Assembly: GCF_001194135.2 (NCBI RefSeq)
Contig: NC_068982.1
Location: forward strand, 98,018,436 to 98,082,435
Direction: 5' to 3'
Length of the DNA stretch: 64,000 nucleotides
Origin: Octopus bimaculoides
Lineage: Eukaryota
Both the position numbers and the translations under genes were made by a program. The notes beneath the pieces were generated by a model. That model saw only the letters and a program-made list of their open reading frames with translations, searched no databases and was not told the origin of the DNA. Below are positions 39,301-52,624 of this stretch, piece by piece (position 1 is the stretch's first letter; the number at the start of each line of letters is the position of its first letter).

Positions 39301-40253
39301 AAATCAGGGGCCAGTGAACCAGGGTAAATTACCTCAAGTGAGGTAAAAATGAAATGCTTGGGGGTAATGAGGACTCATTAGACATAAGTAAAATTATATA
39401 AAAAAACATGTTCCTTGTTACAACAGAAATCTTTCTTCTGGTATGAGGAGGCAGTCAGTAAGTTGCTGCCTTTTGCAACAATTTACCTTTGCAAACAAGG
39501 ATTTTCTATTCTAATGAACATAAAAACAAAAAGCAGAATAGTTAATTGGACTCCGAAGACTGTATCCAAACTGCTTGGGCATCAAAATGCCCCAATTTTG
39601 ATGTAATTGTAACAATAATGAAACAACATCATTTCTCCAAAACTTTAAGTGAAAAAGTCTCTAGAAAAATCCTTTTGTTTCATAATGAGGCTATTAATTA
39701 ATTTTATCACATTTGTGTTATACTTCTTATATTTATTATTGTATTCTCCATATAAATAGACTCAATAAACCTTTTGAATTCAAAAAATCTATGATTTTCC
39801 ATCCTTTCAAATCAAGGGACTAATGTTGGCAGTTCCACATTGCAATATCCTGAAAAAAACCTGCTAAAGAGGAAAAGTGAAAAATGAATACATCACATGT
39901 GTATTTCACATTGAAAATAGTTGAAGAACTGAAAAGGTAGTCTAGTGTACAGCTGTTTCATTTGATCCAAGGATAGCTAGATAAACTACTTCAAGGGTTA
40001 CTTGGAGGAGAAAAATTCATTTTAGCAGGTTATGTCCATTATTATAAATCAAATAAGCTAGAGGTTACCAAAATATTGAAGAGAAGGGTTGCTTCTACTG
40101 GATCTGTGGTTGATAAATCACATCCTACCTAGAAGAATGATATACCTTTCCTATTCAGATGTGAATGCTTCATCTCAAGTTGTGGAAAAAGAGGACATTT
40201 GTGGCTTTAGCTGCTCATTTGTACCAATTACACACACACACACATTATATATA

Positions 40254-40293
40254 AGTCTGATGAAGGCTAAAAAGCCGAAACTCCTAAGTCACT
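40254..40293 (+). ncRNA. Minimal type-I hammerhead ribozyme motif
   Basis: AGU-CUGAUGA-A-GGCU(AAAA)AGCC-GAA-ACU(CCUA)AGU-C-ACU; intact core, GUC triplet, helix I 3 bp. Confidence 0.7.
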
Positions 40294-41070
40294 CTCCTGC
40301 CTTCTGGTAAAAGTTCCCGAGACATGTATTCTACAAAAAAGTATTGAGTAATCCTTCAGTTTCATGTTAATTTGTTTTTATATATAACTTGACATAAAAA
40401 CAGTATATATATACATATATATATTTTAATTTTGTACACACATACACACACGTGATATGCAATGCATGTGTATATGTGCCAGTTAGGTGACACTGGGTTC
40501 AAGAAATTCTAGGATTTTTCCCGAAAGAATGAAGCAAACTAACTTTTATTTCCTAAATACAATTGATTAATCATAACAGTGAAGGAGAGTTGGAAAGTAT
40601 TCCAAAGATCTGCCATTTGAATTCTCTGGAATGAACATATGCACACAATCTCATGTATTCATATAGCATACAGAAACAGAGTAATCACATACACACGTGT
40701 GTGTGCATGTGTACCCACTACATCAGTGCTCGTATATTCATTCAAACATCATGTATACAACTAACTCATATATTCACAAATCCCTGGAGCTGACTTGACT
40801 CGAGCAATAAGGCCTTATCACCTTGTAAGTAAGTAACTGGCTTGAATGTGAATTCGGAGAAGAGCTCAAATAACTCTTAAAGAAATACACACACACAGAC
40901 ATGGGTTATGAGATATACAGCCTTATTGAATGCTTACAGATCTAACTTCCACAGATACACACACATATATATATACATACATATATACACACATACATAT
41001 ATATACACATATATAGATATATATACACACACACACACACACACATACATACACAAACTATATATATATG

Positions 41071-41110
<40 letters not shown>

Positions 41111-41120
41111 TACATACACA

Positions 41121-41173
<53 letters not shown>

Positions 41174-42024
41174 TGCATACATAACATGAAATATATGGTA
41201 AGCCAGGAGCTTAAAGTGAGTAGAAGTCCAGATGGCATTGTTAAACAACCATTGATCCTAATAGCTTCTGTTAGTGAATAAGTAAGATAAAGACATCTGA
41301 TTCCTTTCTGTGAGTTATTTGTCCATTGTAAGAACTGTAGACACCAATATGCTGAAAAGATTATAAATGGAGGAAGTGAAAAGGTCATCGTAACAAGTTG
41401 ACAACAACCAAAATGATTGGTCGATATTTAAGGGTATTGATTTTAAATGTCACAGCTATTACTAAAGGCAACACCTGGATAAGTTAGATGGGAATTATAA
41501 CGGACACAGGCCACTTGCTGCAATATTAGTATCCCGATAACACAATGGTTGAAATCTGAAGAACATTATTATTATTAAATCAAATATTATCACATGAAAT
41601 GCATGAAGTTGACATTGTAGAAATGCCGTCAGTAACATGTGTGTTGCATAAATGCAATATAGGTAACTAAGCCTCAACACCTGTTACAGGTGACATGAGG
41701 AAACAAGACAAATAAGAAAATGAACAATGGTTGTTGCTGAGGAGATGGTGGTAGTGGTTGTGACTTAGCCTCAAGTCAGTTCTAAGTGGATAGACTTGCC
41801 AAAGCCTTCTGAATGTGACTATCTTTTTTTTCCGTTTTTTTTTTTTTTTTCTAAGAGCATCTAGGAGCACATAATCTAATGTGTTCTTTGCTTGTATTCT
41901 TTGTTTAGAAAAAAAAAACCCAAAAAAACAGAGCAATATGATTTGAGGGAGATTGCTATATCTAGCAAGTTGAGTGACTGCAAAGAGGGTCCCTTGTTCA
42001 CTTGATGATGGCAGCAGTGTTGAT

Positions 42025-42057
<33 letters not shown>

Positions 42058-42514
42058 CGATGATGATCATGAAGTATGATAATGTGGACGGCAGCAAAGA
42101 TAATGATGAGAACACAATAAAACAAGAACCCCATGATGGTGATGATATGATACTGATGAAAAAGCAGGTGATAAACTATTTCAAACAGGAGATGAATTGG
42201 ATTAGATTATTCAAATACCTCCATCCTTTCAACAGAAAATATTTCCTGCAGTGAGCAACTGACCAATTAGCTGACAACACTATGCATAACAAAAGTCAAC
42301 AAGGGAGCAACTATGTGGTTGCTTGACCTGCCAAAGATAGTAACCCTATCTACCTCAAATCACATCTTAAAAAAAAAAAAAATCGGGAAGTGGAGGTATA
42401 AAAAAATGGATAGCGAAGGGAGAGCCTATTCCTTATAGATCTTCTTAAAGAGAACTGACCTTGAGCTTCAAGACCAAGAACAATTACTATGTAGAGTAGG
42501 AACAAGAGATCTAC

Positions 42515-42643
42515 CATTGACTGCAATTTTACAATTTCTGCAATAAAAACTTGGCATTGAAAAAGACTTATAATTTAAGATTTTAAAAAGTGTAAACATC
42601 TTATTGTTAATAAATTCTGATGCTTCTTTCTCTAGTTCATTTT
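42515..42643 (-). CDS. Candidate 129-nt symmetric exon
   Basis: Strong pyrimidine acceptor TTTTGTCATTTTCTTATCACAAG; open frame ENELEKEASEFINNKMFTLFKILNYKSFSMPSFYCRNCKIAVN; weak donor ATG|GTAGAT. Confidence 0.2.
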
Positions 42644-43139
42644 CTTGTGATAAGAAAATGACAAAATAGAAAGCTTCAATGAGCAATAAGGATACTTTTT
42701 ACATCAGGGTAACATTAATGTATGCAAGTAATTATATCTCGTGAATATTGCAGAATTAGTGATTACACACACACACACACACAGAAGCATGGTTGTATGG
42801 TTAAGAAGCTTGCTTCCCACTCACACGGTTTCAGGTTCAGTCCCAGTGCATGACACTTTGGGCAAGTATCTTCTACTATAGAATTGGGCAGAACAAAGTG
42901 TTGTGAGTGGATTTGGCACACAAAAACTATGTCTGTGAATCTGTGAATGTATATATGCTTGTGTTGCTTTGTGTTCACATTGCGTGATAGTTGAATATGT
43001 GTGTCACTGTTATCCGGGCAATGTCATTCATGTCTGCGAAATATTGGGAAATATTAACTTTCTAGGAAACAAATGCCCAACTCATGCAAGCATAGAAAAA
43101 TGATGATGATGATGATGATGATGAAGATGATTACAGACA

Positions 43140-43495
43140 CACAGGCTTCTTTCAGTTCTCACAAACTAAATCCAATTACAAGGCTTTGGTCAGCCTGAGA
43201 CTATAGTAGAAGACACTTGCCCAAGGTGTCATGGTAAGGTAAAGTTACCTTCGAATCATACTGACTCATAAGGGCTGGTTTCCCAGTTTCCCCACCTGGA
43301 CAGGAGCAAAGTGAAATGAAGTACTTTACTAAAGAACACAATGCGTTGCCTCCGTCCAGGAATCAAGACCACAATCTTACAATCAGAAGCCCAACATCCT
43401 AACCACTAAGCCATGCGCCTCTACAAGGTGCCACGCCATGGGACTGAACCTGAGACCATTTGGTTGAGAAGCAAACTTCTTTACTACACATTAGC
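43140..43495 (-). mobile_element. SINE family A fragment with a second tRNA-type SINE nested at 43234-43423
   Basis: Host sequence is split; TSD CAAGGTGTCATG (43222-33) / CAAGGTGCCACG (43424-35); the insert has an AGGCGCATGGCTTAGTGGTTAG head on the minus strand. Confidence 0.85.
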
Positions 43496-44149
43496 ATGGC
43501 GAAAGGCAGATAAAACACTAATATAGAAGCATGGAGAACAGATATTAAAATAAAAGACAACAATCAGATTGGAGCCTGGTGTCGCCTCCTGGTCCACCAG
43601 TCCTCAGTCAAATTGTCCAACCCATGCTAGCATGGAAAGCGGACGTTAAACGACGATGATGATGATGAATGATCATCAAATAGTAGATGAAATGTAGTCC
43701 ACATGAGAGCAACCCTAGTTTTAGAGTAACCTAAATTATAATCTTCCATCAGAATTTCATAATTTACTAAATTCTTCATTATTTTTAAAATTAATAAAAA
43801 CAAAAAGCAGTGTATTTCAACAGAAATATATTAGTCTCAAATTTTGGCACAGGGCCAACAATTTCAGGGAGGGGATAAGTCATATTTACATTGACCCCTA
43901 GTATTCAACTGGTACTTATATTATCAACCTTGGAAGGATGAATATTAACAAAAGGATTAAGCTATATAATAGCATGAGGCGATATTTACATTTATACATT
44001 TATCTGAAGGTCAGATCACCAACCTCAATTTTTTTAATAATATAAATATGATAGAATAAAATACGCACATCATATATATATAAATATATACATACATATA
44101 TGATATATATATATATATATATGGATAATGTAAATGGTATGAACATGTA

Positions 44150-44380
44150 AAAAGAACAAACAATAAGGGTTGGGAGAACAGCCAATACTATGGTGAGTGA
44201 GAGTGTTGGCAGGCTGGATAGATGGAAAATTGCATATTGGATGGGAAGTGTTGCCATAAGTACAAGTGAGATGGCAGCCAAGGAAGACATACAGAAAATA
44301 ATCTGAATATGGAAGTTGTTCTCTGCAGGCCCTTGGAATCTGTCAAATTGCCAAATTGCTGGAAATGCAGACGACAATGA
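44150..44380 (-). mobile_element. Possible CR1/L2-like 3' remnant
   Basis: Decayed AIWQFDRFQ and LPSHLYLWQHFPS segments resembling the LDRIQ / LFYRYYxG region. Confidence 0.35.
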
Positions 44381-45984
44381 TGAAAAGAAATAGAATTAAT
44401 CTCTTTAAATCTACAAGGTGGTTCATGCTATTCATATGCCTGTTTATTTGTAAACAGGGGAATTCTTTATAATGAGCATTGTTGTGTGTACATTTGAATT
44501 GAAGCCAAAAGTATAGCCAAAAGTAAACCCATCAAACCCACACTAGTATACACAAACAAACAACAACAAAAAAGGACAGTGGGTGAAGTGAAATTACTTC
44601 TGACATACCACTGTAAAAAAAACAAAACATTATTTCTGTAGCTCTCAAACTCGAGTGTTTTGTCTTAACACTTTTAATGTAATAGTAACTAAATAGATAC
44701 AAAATCAGTGTCTTCAAATAGCCAACATGAAGAGACATTTCTTTGACTGGTAGATTTGCTTTAATTAATAAAATATTGGTCTAATTAAAGAGCTGTTTAG
44801 TCTAATTAATAGTCAATCTAATTGACAAAATATCAATTAAATTTTGTACTGCTTTAAGCTGCAAAACACTGGTTTAACTATGATGAAAAACAAATGATAA
44901 ATATGTAACCGGAACAGATAAAATTCTGGTTTCAGAAAAAGTACTAATCTAAAAGCATTGGTTTATCTGGGTAATAACAATAATCATAATGGTTATGGCA
45001 GTGATGGTGGTGCATTAGGATTACTGGGTGGTTAATTCTAAGTATCATGGTACAATAATCACAATGATGATGATGGTGGAAGCAATGATGAGGATGATAA
45101 TGGTGGTGGTGGTGATAAAGATAAGGTAAATGATTGTGGTTTTTGGTTTTGGCAAATGTTCTAAGGTAGAAAAAAAAACATGATAAAAAATGGTGACAGA
45201 CACAACAATGTGTCTACTACACATAGAGATGATGATGATGGTAGTGATGGATATTGTAAAAGTGTTTTAATGATGAAGATGATAATAGTAGTGATGATGG
45301 TGGTAGATATTGTTGTAAAAGTGTTTTGATGATGATGACAGCGACAATGATGATGATGCTATAATGTCAATGGCATCAACCAACAACTATATTAAACAGA
45401 AAAAAAAAAAGATAAAGAAAATAGGGGGAAAAAAAAAATGCAATCTTGACTGTCTGCAGAAGAAGCCTAGCTGAAGATGGCAGCAGTCTTATACAACAAT
45501 ATTCTGCTCTACATGGCATCTGGGCAGACAGACTCTCTAACAAAGGAATTCTTCCAGAAAGTACTTCAACCATCGAATCAACTGCATAGAATCAAAAGTT
45601 ATACTGCAGCAGAAGTAATAAAGCCAGTGAGGGTGGCAGTGGTGGGCATTGGTGATAATGGTGTCGGTGATTATGATGGTTGGTAGCATGCAGCAGGCAT
45701 AACTGCAGCAGTAACAACACAACTCAAAAGCAGCTGCAAAAGCTAGGTGCAGTAGTAAAGTTGCAGCAGACAGTGCAATGACAGCAGCAGCAGCAGTAGT
45801 TTATACCTAGGTCAACTCTGTTTCAAAAGACCTATAACCAAAGGCATTCCTGCCATGACCATCCAATCCTAAGAGTATGTTAAATTACATGTGTTATCTG
45901 TTTCGCTTTTTATTTTAAAGATAGTATGAGGGAGATTTGGCTGCTATTTCTAAAAGCAGCACAGAGGCACCAACATTTCCAACC

Positions 45985-45992
45985 ACTACTAC

Positions 45993-46028
<36 letters not shown>

Positions 46029-46521
46029 TAGTAGTAGCAGTAGTAGCAGCAGCAGTAGTAGTAGTAGTGTCAACAAAAGTTTCATTAGTGGTTTATAACA
46101 ATAACAATTGATAAAATAAGTTGCCCCCCCCCCACTCTTTTTTAGCTCAAGTCAGTCTCTGATTGACAAGACCTGATTGTAGACGTTCCATATGTGACCA
46201 GCCTATCGGTATAAGATTGTTTTGCAAAACATCTTCATTTTTCAAGGCAATACAGTTACAATCTGAGAGGATTTAATCACTATTTCTAACAGACTGAGAT
46301 AGAACAACCACAAAGGTACATACATACTTACATACGGATAACCATACTTAACAGTAACTACTATAATACTCAGTTCTAGTAAATAATATTATCATTTGCT
46401 AGTATAGTTTATATACTGCTATTACTACAGTAAATGCAGTAGTACATTACAATGCAGTAGTAGTTGTAGTAGTAGTGGCAGCAGCAATACAAGTAGTGAT
46501 AGCAGCACTATTGTAACAACA

Positions 46522-46557
<36 letters not shown>

Positions 46558-46583
46558 CAGTACTACTACTAGTAGTAGTAGTA

Positions 46584-46627
<44 letters not shown>

Positions 46628-46969
46628 TGTGGTGGTGGTGATGAAACTGAGTGTAGTAGTAATAGTATAGCTTTGTTATTGTTTGAACTCCAAAACCAGC
46701 TTTGAATTGAAGACGCTCCAAAAGTGACCATCCCATTTGCTGCATTCTCGCAACGTTACATATCTTACTAGGACTAACAACATTATCCAACGTTTTGTAA
46801 CAGTTTTTTTTTTTGTTTTCCTTTTAATGGGAGGGGAGGGATTTGGTAGCTATTTCTAGCTAGACTTGCTAAGAGACTCCCCCCCTGTGCCTCTAAAAAC
46901 TAGCAGCAATGTACTGATAGTAACATTGAAAATAAGCATACCGACGACATCGTGCGAGTGGCGGTGGTG

Positions 46970-47013
<44 letters not shown>

Positions 47014-47215
47014 TGTTGTAGTAGTAGCAGCAGCAGCACCAGGAGCTGCAATCATGTCAACAACATATTAAAGCTTGTTCAACTATATATACTTACTGAA
47101 AAGAAAAACACACACACACACACACACAGCATCATAACCAATACTACCACCACCACCAAATCATCGTTACTACTACTACTACTACATCTGCAACTATTAC
47201 TACTACTACTACTAT
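45985..47215. repeat. Cluster of (TAG/GTA/GCA)n microsatellites
   Basis: Arrays at 45985-46068, 46440-46660 and 46965-47035; inverse (TAC)n at 47165-47215. Confidence 0.9.
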
Positions 47216-47569
47216 CCGCAGCCACCATTATTATCATCATTATCATCAGCAAAACGACAACTGCAGAAACACACAATGTGCGCGAAGTGGAGGGGAGGAA
47301 GGTAGGGATGGGGGATGGATTGGCGGGGGAGAGGGTGGTGGTGCTGAGCTGCGTCTGAATGGAAGTAATATAATGCTGAGTCATCTGAGAGAAAGGGATG
47401 AGGCATATGGGGAGAGAGAGCGAGAGAAAAAGAGAGAATGAGGTGGAGGTGGTGGTGGTCGTGTAGCTGATGGTGATGTTAGCAATGCCAAGTTTGTGAA
47501 TTTCATCATAGTAATGCTAGCATTCGAGTGGTGCTAGACCGGCAGAAGGAGTGGGGGGCAGTTTAGAAG

Positions 47570-47622
<53 letters not shown>

Positions 47623-48145
47623 TACACATATACACACATAAGAAACATGTAAATAAGAAAACATGATGACGGCGATGATGATGATAGTGGAAATACTTGC
47701 AAAATTATAGAGCTAGCTAGCTGTTTAAAGCTTATAACACAAGTCTAATTTTACAAGTTTTCGAAAATAACCAACTCTTTTAACTGAAAAAGTTTAGAAA
47801 ATTACAACTTTCTTTCTAGATTCTTCATTGAGTTCAAGTATTGTTTTATATAGGCAATCTATTAGCATTAACATAAGTAGTCATTGAAAACAAATATATT
47901 CATTAACATAATTTATCCAATCACTTAACATAATTAATTCATACTGGATTTAATGAGTGAAACAAGCACCGGGAAATAATGTTTAGAAAAGAAAAATAGA
48001 ATGTAAGTTTCTGGATGGACTTCATGCCTTTCTTATTTGCATTTTAGCGACGTAAGATGAAAATGGATACAGCAGAGAAAGAAATCCAAACCAGGTCAAC
48101 ATGACTAGGTTCTTCCGCATAATTAATTATAATATAAATATTTTT

Positions 48146-48212
48146 ACTCACTTAAAAAGTGTAGCTAACATTTCATGTAACTCTTAGCAACATGTTCTAA
48201 CTAAAACTTCCG
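48146..48212 (-). promoter_or_regulatory. Candidate promoter/first exon: X-box, ETS core and splice donor
   Basis: GTAACTCTTAGCAAC (48177-91) fits GTNRCY-N3-RGYAAC; CGGAAGT on the minus strand (48206-12); donor TAA|GTGAGT at 48151; lies just inside CpG-normal DNA. Confidence 0.3.
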
Positions 48213-48833
48213 AAGAAACTTTGTAACTAATATGAACAAGATATGATAGATTTAAAACGAACTTTTTTTAAAGGGAATAATAAATTTATATTAAATTCAG
48301 TTGAAAAAGTTAAAATTATAAAAGAAGTAAAGAATTTGGGTTGAAAAAGGGAAAAGAAATTTTTTTAAATGACATGATGTACAAATTATACGCATACATT
48401 AAACACATTTAAACATACATAAAATAAATCAATGTTATATATACACACACATACACGTACATACACACACACACCACACATTATATAGGTATTTATATAA
48501 TTATAACATAGCATTTTAATTAATGGAAAGGAGGATGGGCGAATAGATAAACAAATACTGAACGTCAATAAATGGATGGAGTTATAAAGAAACATTTATT
48601 ACATATATTTTCTAGTCTTTGTCTCAGGCAAACGTTGTTTCAAGAACTGTTTCGATTGTTCAAAAGATTGGTCCAAGAACAAAGAACGGAAGCCGTCGCC
48701 AAAGATAAGAGATTAAACACATATACACATGTATATGTATGTGTGTGTGTGTGACATACACACAAACATATACAACACACATATACAAACACACATGCAT
48801 GTATGTCATTAAAGAAGATGGGAGAATGTATGC

Positions 48834-48927
<94 letters not shown>

Positions 48928-49688
48928 CATTGCTACGAAATAAGCAGAGAAACAAACACGATAACAATAATATAGAAAAGGAAAGAATAATAAAGATGAT
49001 AATAAGTTAACAGAAAGATTGGAGAACAAAGATCGGCCATTAGTAGAAAAACACGACAGTAGATTAAATGAACAACTTTTGGGTTATTCTTTGCTCTTTA
49101 TTGTTTTTAGAGTTTGTGTATGTGTGAATGTGAGTCGGTGGAGATACAATATTATTATTAATATCATTGTTATTATGTCTGAAGACAAGACAAGCAGACA
49201 AAGAGAAAAGCGTGTTTATGTGTAACATGGCACAAGAGGAAAAAAAGCTATAATTGGTGGAGCAAAACACCACCAACAGCAACAACAGTTTATTTATCAG
49301 ACATTAATTTAGAAATCAAAGAAAGCTCGCTCCCTCTCTCTCATCTGTCTCTGCCTTTTAGTTCATATAATAAATAATATTTCCCCTCCTGTTCCCCACC
49401 GCTGAATTGGAAGAATATCTTCATTGCTTAGAATCACTTGCAGAAACTCATGTCTGGGTACATGAATACGCAGACACGACAATGAACTGTGGCAGAGATT
49501 GAAAAGCAACTTTAATTTATTTTTGTTTTCACATCTTTGCTCTTTGTTTATAACATTATTTTTTCGCATCACTGAATGCCAGTTTATCAAATGATTTTAA
49601 CTCGGTTTGTTTATACTGTAGGTGCGAATGCAAGTGTGTATGCATATGTGTATCTGTGTGTGTGTATGTATGTATGTATATATATATA

Positions 49689-50000
49689 NNNNNNNNNNNN
49701 NNNNNNNNNNNNNNNNNNNNNNNNNNNNNNNNNNNNNNNNNNNNNNNNNNNNNNNNNNNNNNNNNNNNNNNNNNNNNNNNNNNNNNNNNNNNNNNNNNNN
49801 NNNNNNNNNNNNNNNNNNNNNNNNNNNNNNNNNNNNNNNNNNNNNNNNNNNNNNNNNNNNNNNNNNNNNNNNNNNNNNNNNNNNNNNNNNNNNNNNNNNN
49901 NNNNNNNNNNNNNNNNNNNNNNNNNNNNNNNNNNNNNNNNNNNNNNNNNNNNNNNNNNNNNNNNNNNNNNNNNNNNNNNNNNNNNNNNNNNNNNNNNNNN
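49689..50000. other. Assembly gap
   Basis: N run flanked by (TA)n. Confidence 1.
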
Positions 50001-50740
50001 ATATATGGATATAAATATACAATATGTATCTATATATATATACACACATGCTTCATCGACGTGACTGGCGCGATTGTGACGCAGCTGTTATCATATCACA
50101 TATCAAATATAACTACATATTGGTTCTTTTTGTCTGTTACATAGTCCTCAACATTTGGGGTCGATTAATACATCCAAAAGGCTAAATGCCGAGAATTAAT
50201 ATTAAAAAAAAATACAAAAACAGAGGGTTGTAGTAGACACAATTTGTGGGAAGGATAATCTAAATGATATCACAAATAATTAACAAAATAGAGATCTTCT
50301 ACATTTAGTTAGTTACTCTGATAAACTTTATAAATTTCTATGTATATACACATGCCACGTACTGGTCATGCACAGGGACAACAATACAAAAGACAAAGAG
50401 CACATTCAACTCTGAAAATAGTGCTACAGTATGGTCGGCCTTAGGCCTAAACTGGAACAACATTGTGGCAATAGGTTTCCTCTGTCTCAATATTATACCC
50501 AATATTGAATCCTTTCTCGTTTTAGGTGTTATTTATCGGTTAACAACCCTAATATTTATATAGCTATATACATGTATGTATGTATAAGACAATAAGTCAA
50601 TAATATGCATTCATATAAAACCAACACAAAGAAATCTTGAACGAACAATAAAAATAAATCCAACACTGCACATAAAATACTTAATGCTTGTATTTCATAT
50701 CTTCTCTATAATAACTATTGCTTAACCATTTTCTTGCACT

Positions 50741-50788
50741 GTCTCTGATGAAGGGATAAATAAATTATTCCGGAAACAGTTGTAAGAC
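50741..50788 (+). ncRNA. Minimal type-I hammerhead ribozyme motif (Penelope-type)
   Basis: GUCU-CUGAUGA-A-GGGAUAA(AUAAA)UUAUUCC-G-GAAA-CAGUUG-UA-AGAC; helix I 4 bp, helix II 7 bp, self-complementary helix III. Confidence 0.78.
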
Positions 50789-50940
50789 CCCTTTATAAAT
50801 GTTCTGAAATCTTGCATAGCCTCGAATTTTTTTTATCTCATTCTGTTAACACACACACACACACATATATATACTCGGGCGAATATATAAATATATACAG
50901 GTAATGTGTGTGTGTGTGTGTGTGTGTATATATACATGTA

Positions 50941-50984
<44 letters not shown>

Positions 50985-51978
50985 TATACATACACACACT
51001 GACTATATAGATATACACATTCTGTGCGTGTGTACGTCTACATATATACACTCTTTATTACACTCACCCAAAAGTGATGTTTAGTGAAATTATGAATATA
51101 CGGTAAATCGTACAGATATAGTAAATATGATTTTCATAAAATATACATACTAATTGTATCTACTATTATTTAAATTCATGAAAAGACAAGTACAATTAGA
51201 AGTCCCCTAACAAATAAAAGGTTGATATAGCTAAAGCCCAACTTCCTCACACTAAACTTATCCATTGTCTGAATGTAACATTCAAATCAAATCTTTTGTC
51301 AACCACCAGTGGAAAGCTCACTAAATAAAAGCAGTGAAGCTTTAACCAACAATGGACAAGCAGTATTTTTCTTTTCTTTCATTATTCACATACGTTTTAT
51401 ATCAAACTTGTACCCTTATTTATTTATTTATTCCTTATAAGGAACATTATGTTTTAATGTGTTAAGATAACCAAAATGTTTTCTAAAAAGAAAATACATG
51501 TGTTGAATAAATTTATTACTAATTCTTCAATTTAAAATTATTTTTACAATTATATTTTCTCTCCTTTAACCATTTTTCTATAGTTTTCTTTGTCTTCAGA
51601 GAGGAGAGAAAAATGCATTGTGTCGGAAACAGCCGAAAAGTCATATAAATATTTCCGTGATATTTCGGTTTTGTTCGGAATTGAACCGAGCATTGACGTA
51701 AAAATCTATCGGAGACGAAAATTAACTTTCACAACTTTGAGAATTTGTTTTATTTTAGAACTGTTTACTATTTCAAAATAAAATAAGATGAAATAAATTA
51801 TTATAATTTATAATTATTTTACGGTAATAAACTGGAAAAACGAAACAGCAAATTTGTACGTCGCGTTAGGGATACGCTGGTGTTCCCTTCTAAAAAAAAT
51901 GTTTATCAAGATTGTGCGTGTATAGATACAATAGACGCACATCATGTGCATACATACACACAAAAATACATATTATAT

Positions 51979-52042
<64 letters not shown>

Positions 52043-52127
52043 GCATGTGTATATCTGTATATATGCATATCTGTGTGTGTTGCGTGTGTGTCTAAACATA
52101 TTTACATGCCTGTGCATACGTACACTC

Positions 52128-52240
52128 TTTTACTTGTTTCAGTCATTTGACTGTAGCCATGCTGGAGCACTGCCTTTAGTCGAGCAAATCGACCCCAGGA
52201 CTTATTCTTTGGAAGCCTAGTACTTATTCTATCAGTCTTC
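52128..52240 (-). mobile_element. SINE family A 3' part (ends at a gap)
   Basis: TTTTACTTGTTTCAGTCATTTGACTG...TACTTATTCTATC. Confidence 0.9.
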
Positions 52241-52250
52241 NNNNNNNNNN
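52241..52250. other. Assembly gap (10 N)
   Basis: N run. Confidence 1.
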
Positions 52251-52624
52251 GGGGTCAAACATATATATTTTTTTCTTAATTAGCAGAAGTTAGAGTGACT
52301 CAACGGGCGAAAGCTTCGTGCACTGGAGAATGTACGAAACTTTTGGTCTCTGGATCACTCTCTAACTGCAATCTTCCTGAAATACACACACACATACATC
52401 CATAAGCTATATTTGTGCGTTAATCTTTGCAAAGGCATTTTGGAGAAAGAAACTTTCCGTATGTACAATCAGACAGTATTAAATATCTGACAAGAGTGTT
52501 TCAGAAAAATGAATGAAACAACCGCTAAACCTACTATATGGATTGTTTCTAATGAGATAAAAACAAATATTTTGCACGAAGCTCAATGTTTTTTTCGAAT
52601 TTCAGCAGAAATGTAGGCAACTTA

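Noticed and set aside
40150-40215. CGKRGH as a gag zinc knuckle
   Set aside because: CCHC spacing is incomplete and there are no other LTR-element motifs nearby.
49385-49500. Protein-like frames on both strands (AELEEYLHCLESLAETHVWVHEYADTTMNCGRD plus; SLSCLRIHVPRHEFLQVILSNEDILPIQRW minus)
   Set aside because: No consistent start, acceptor and donor set and no recognisable homology; worth a BLASTx but unsupported.
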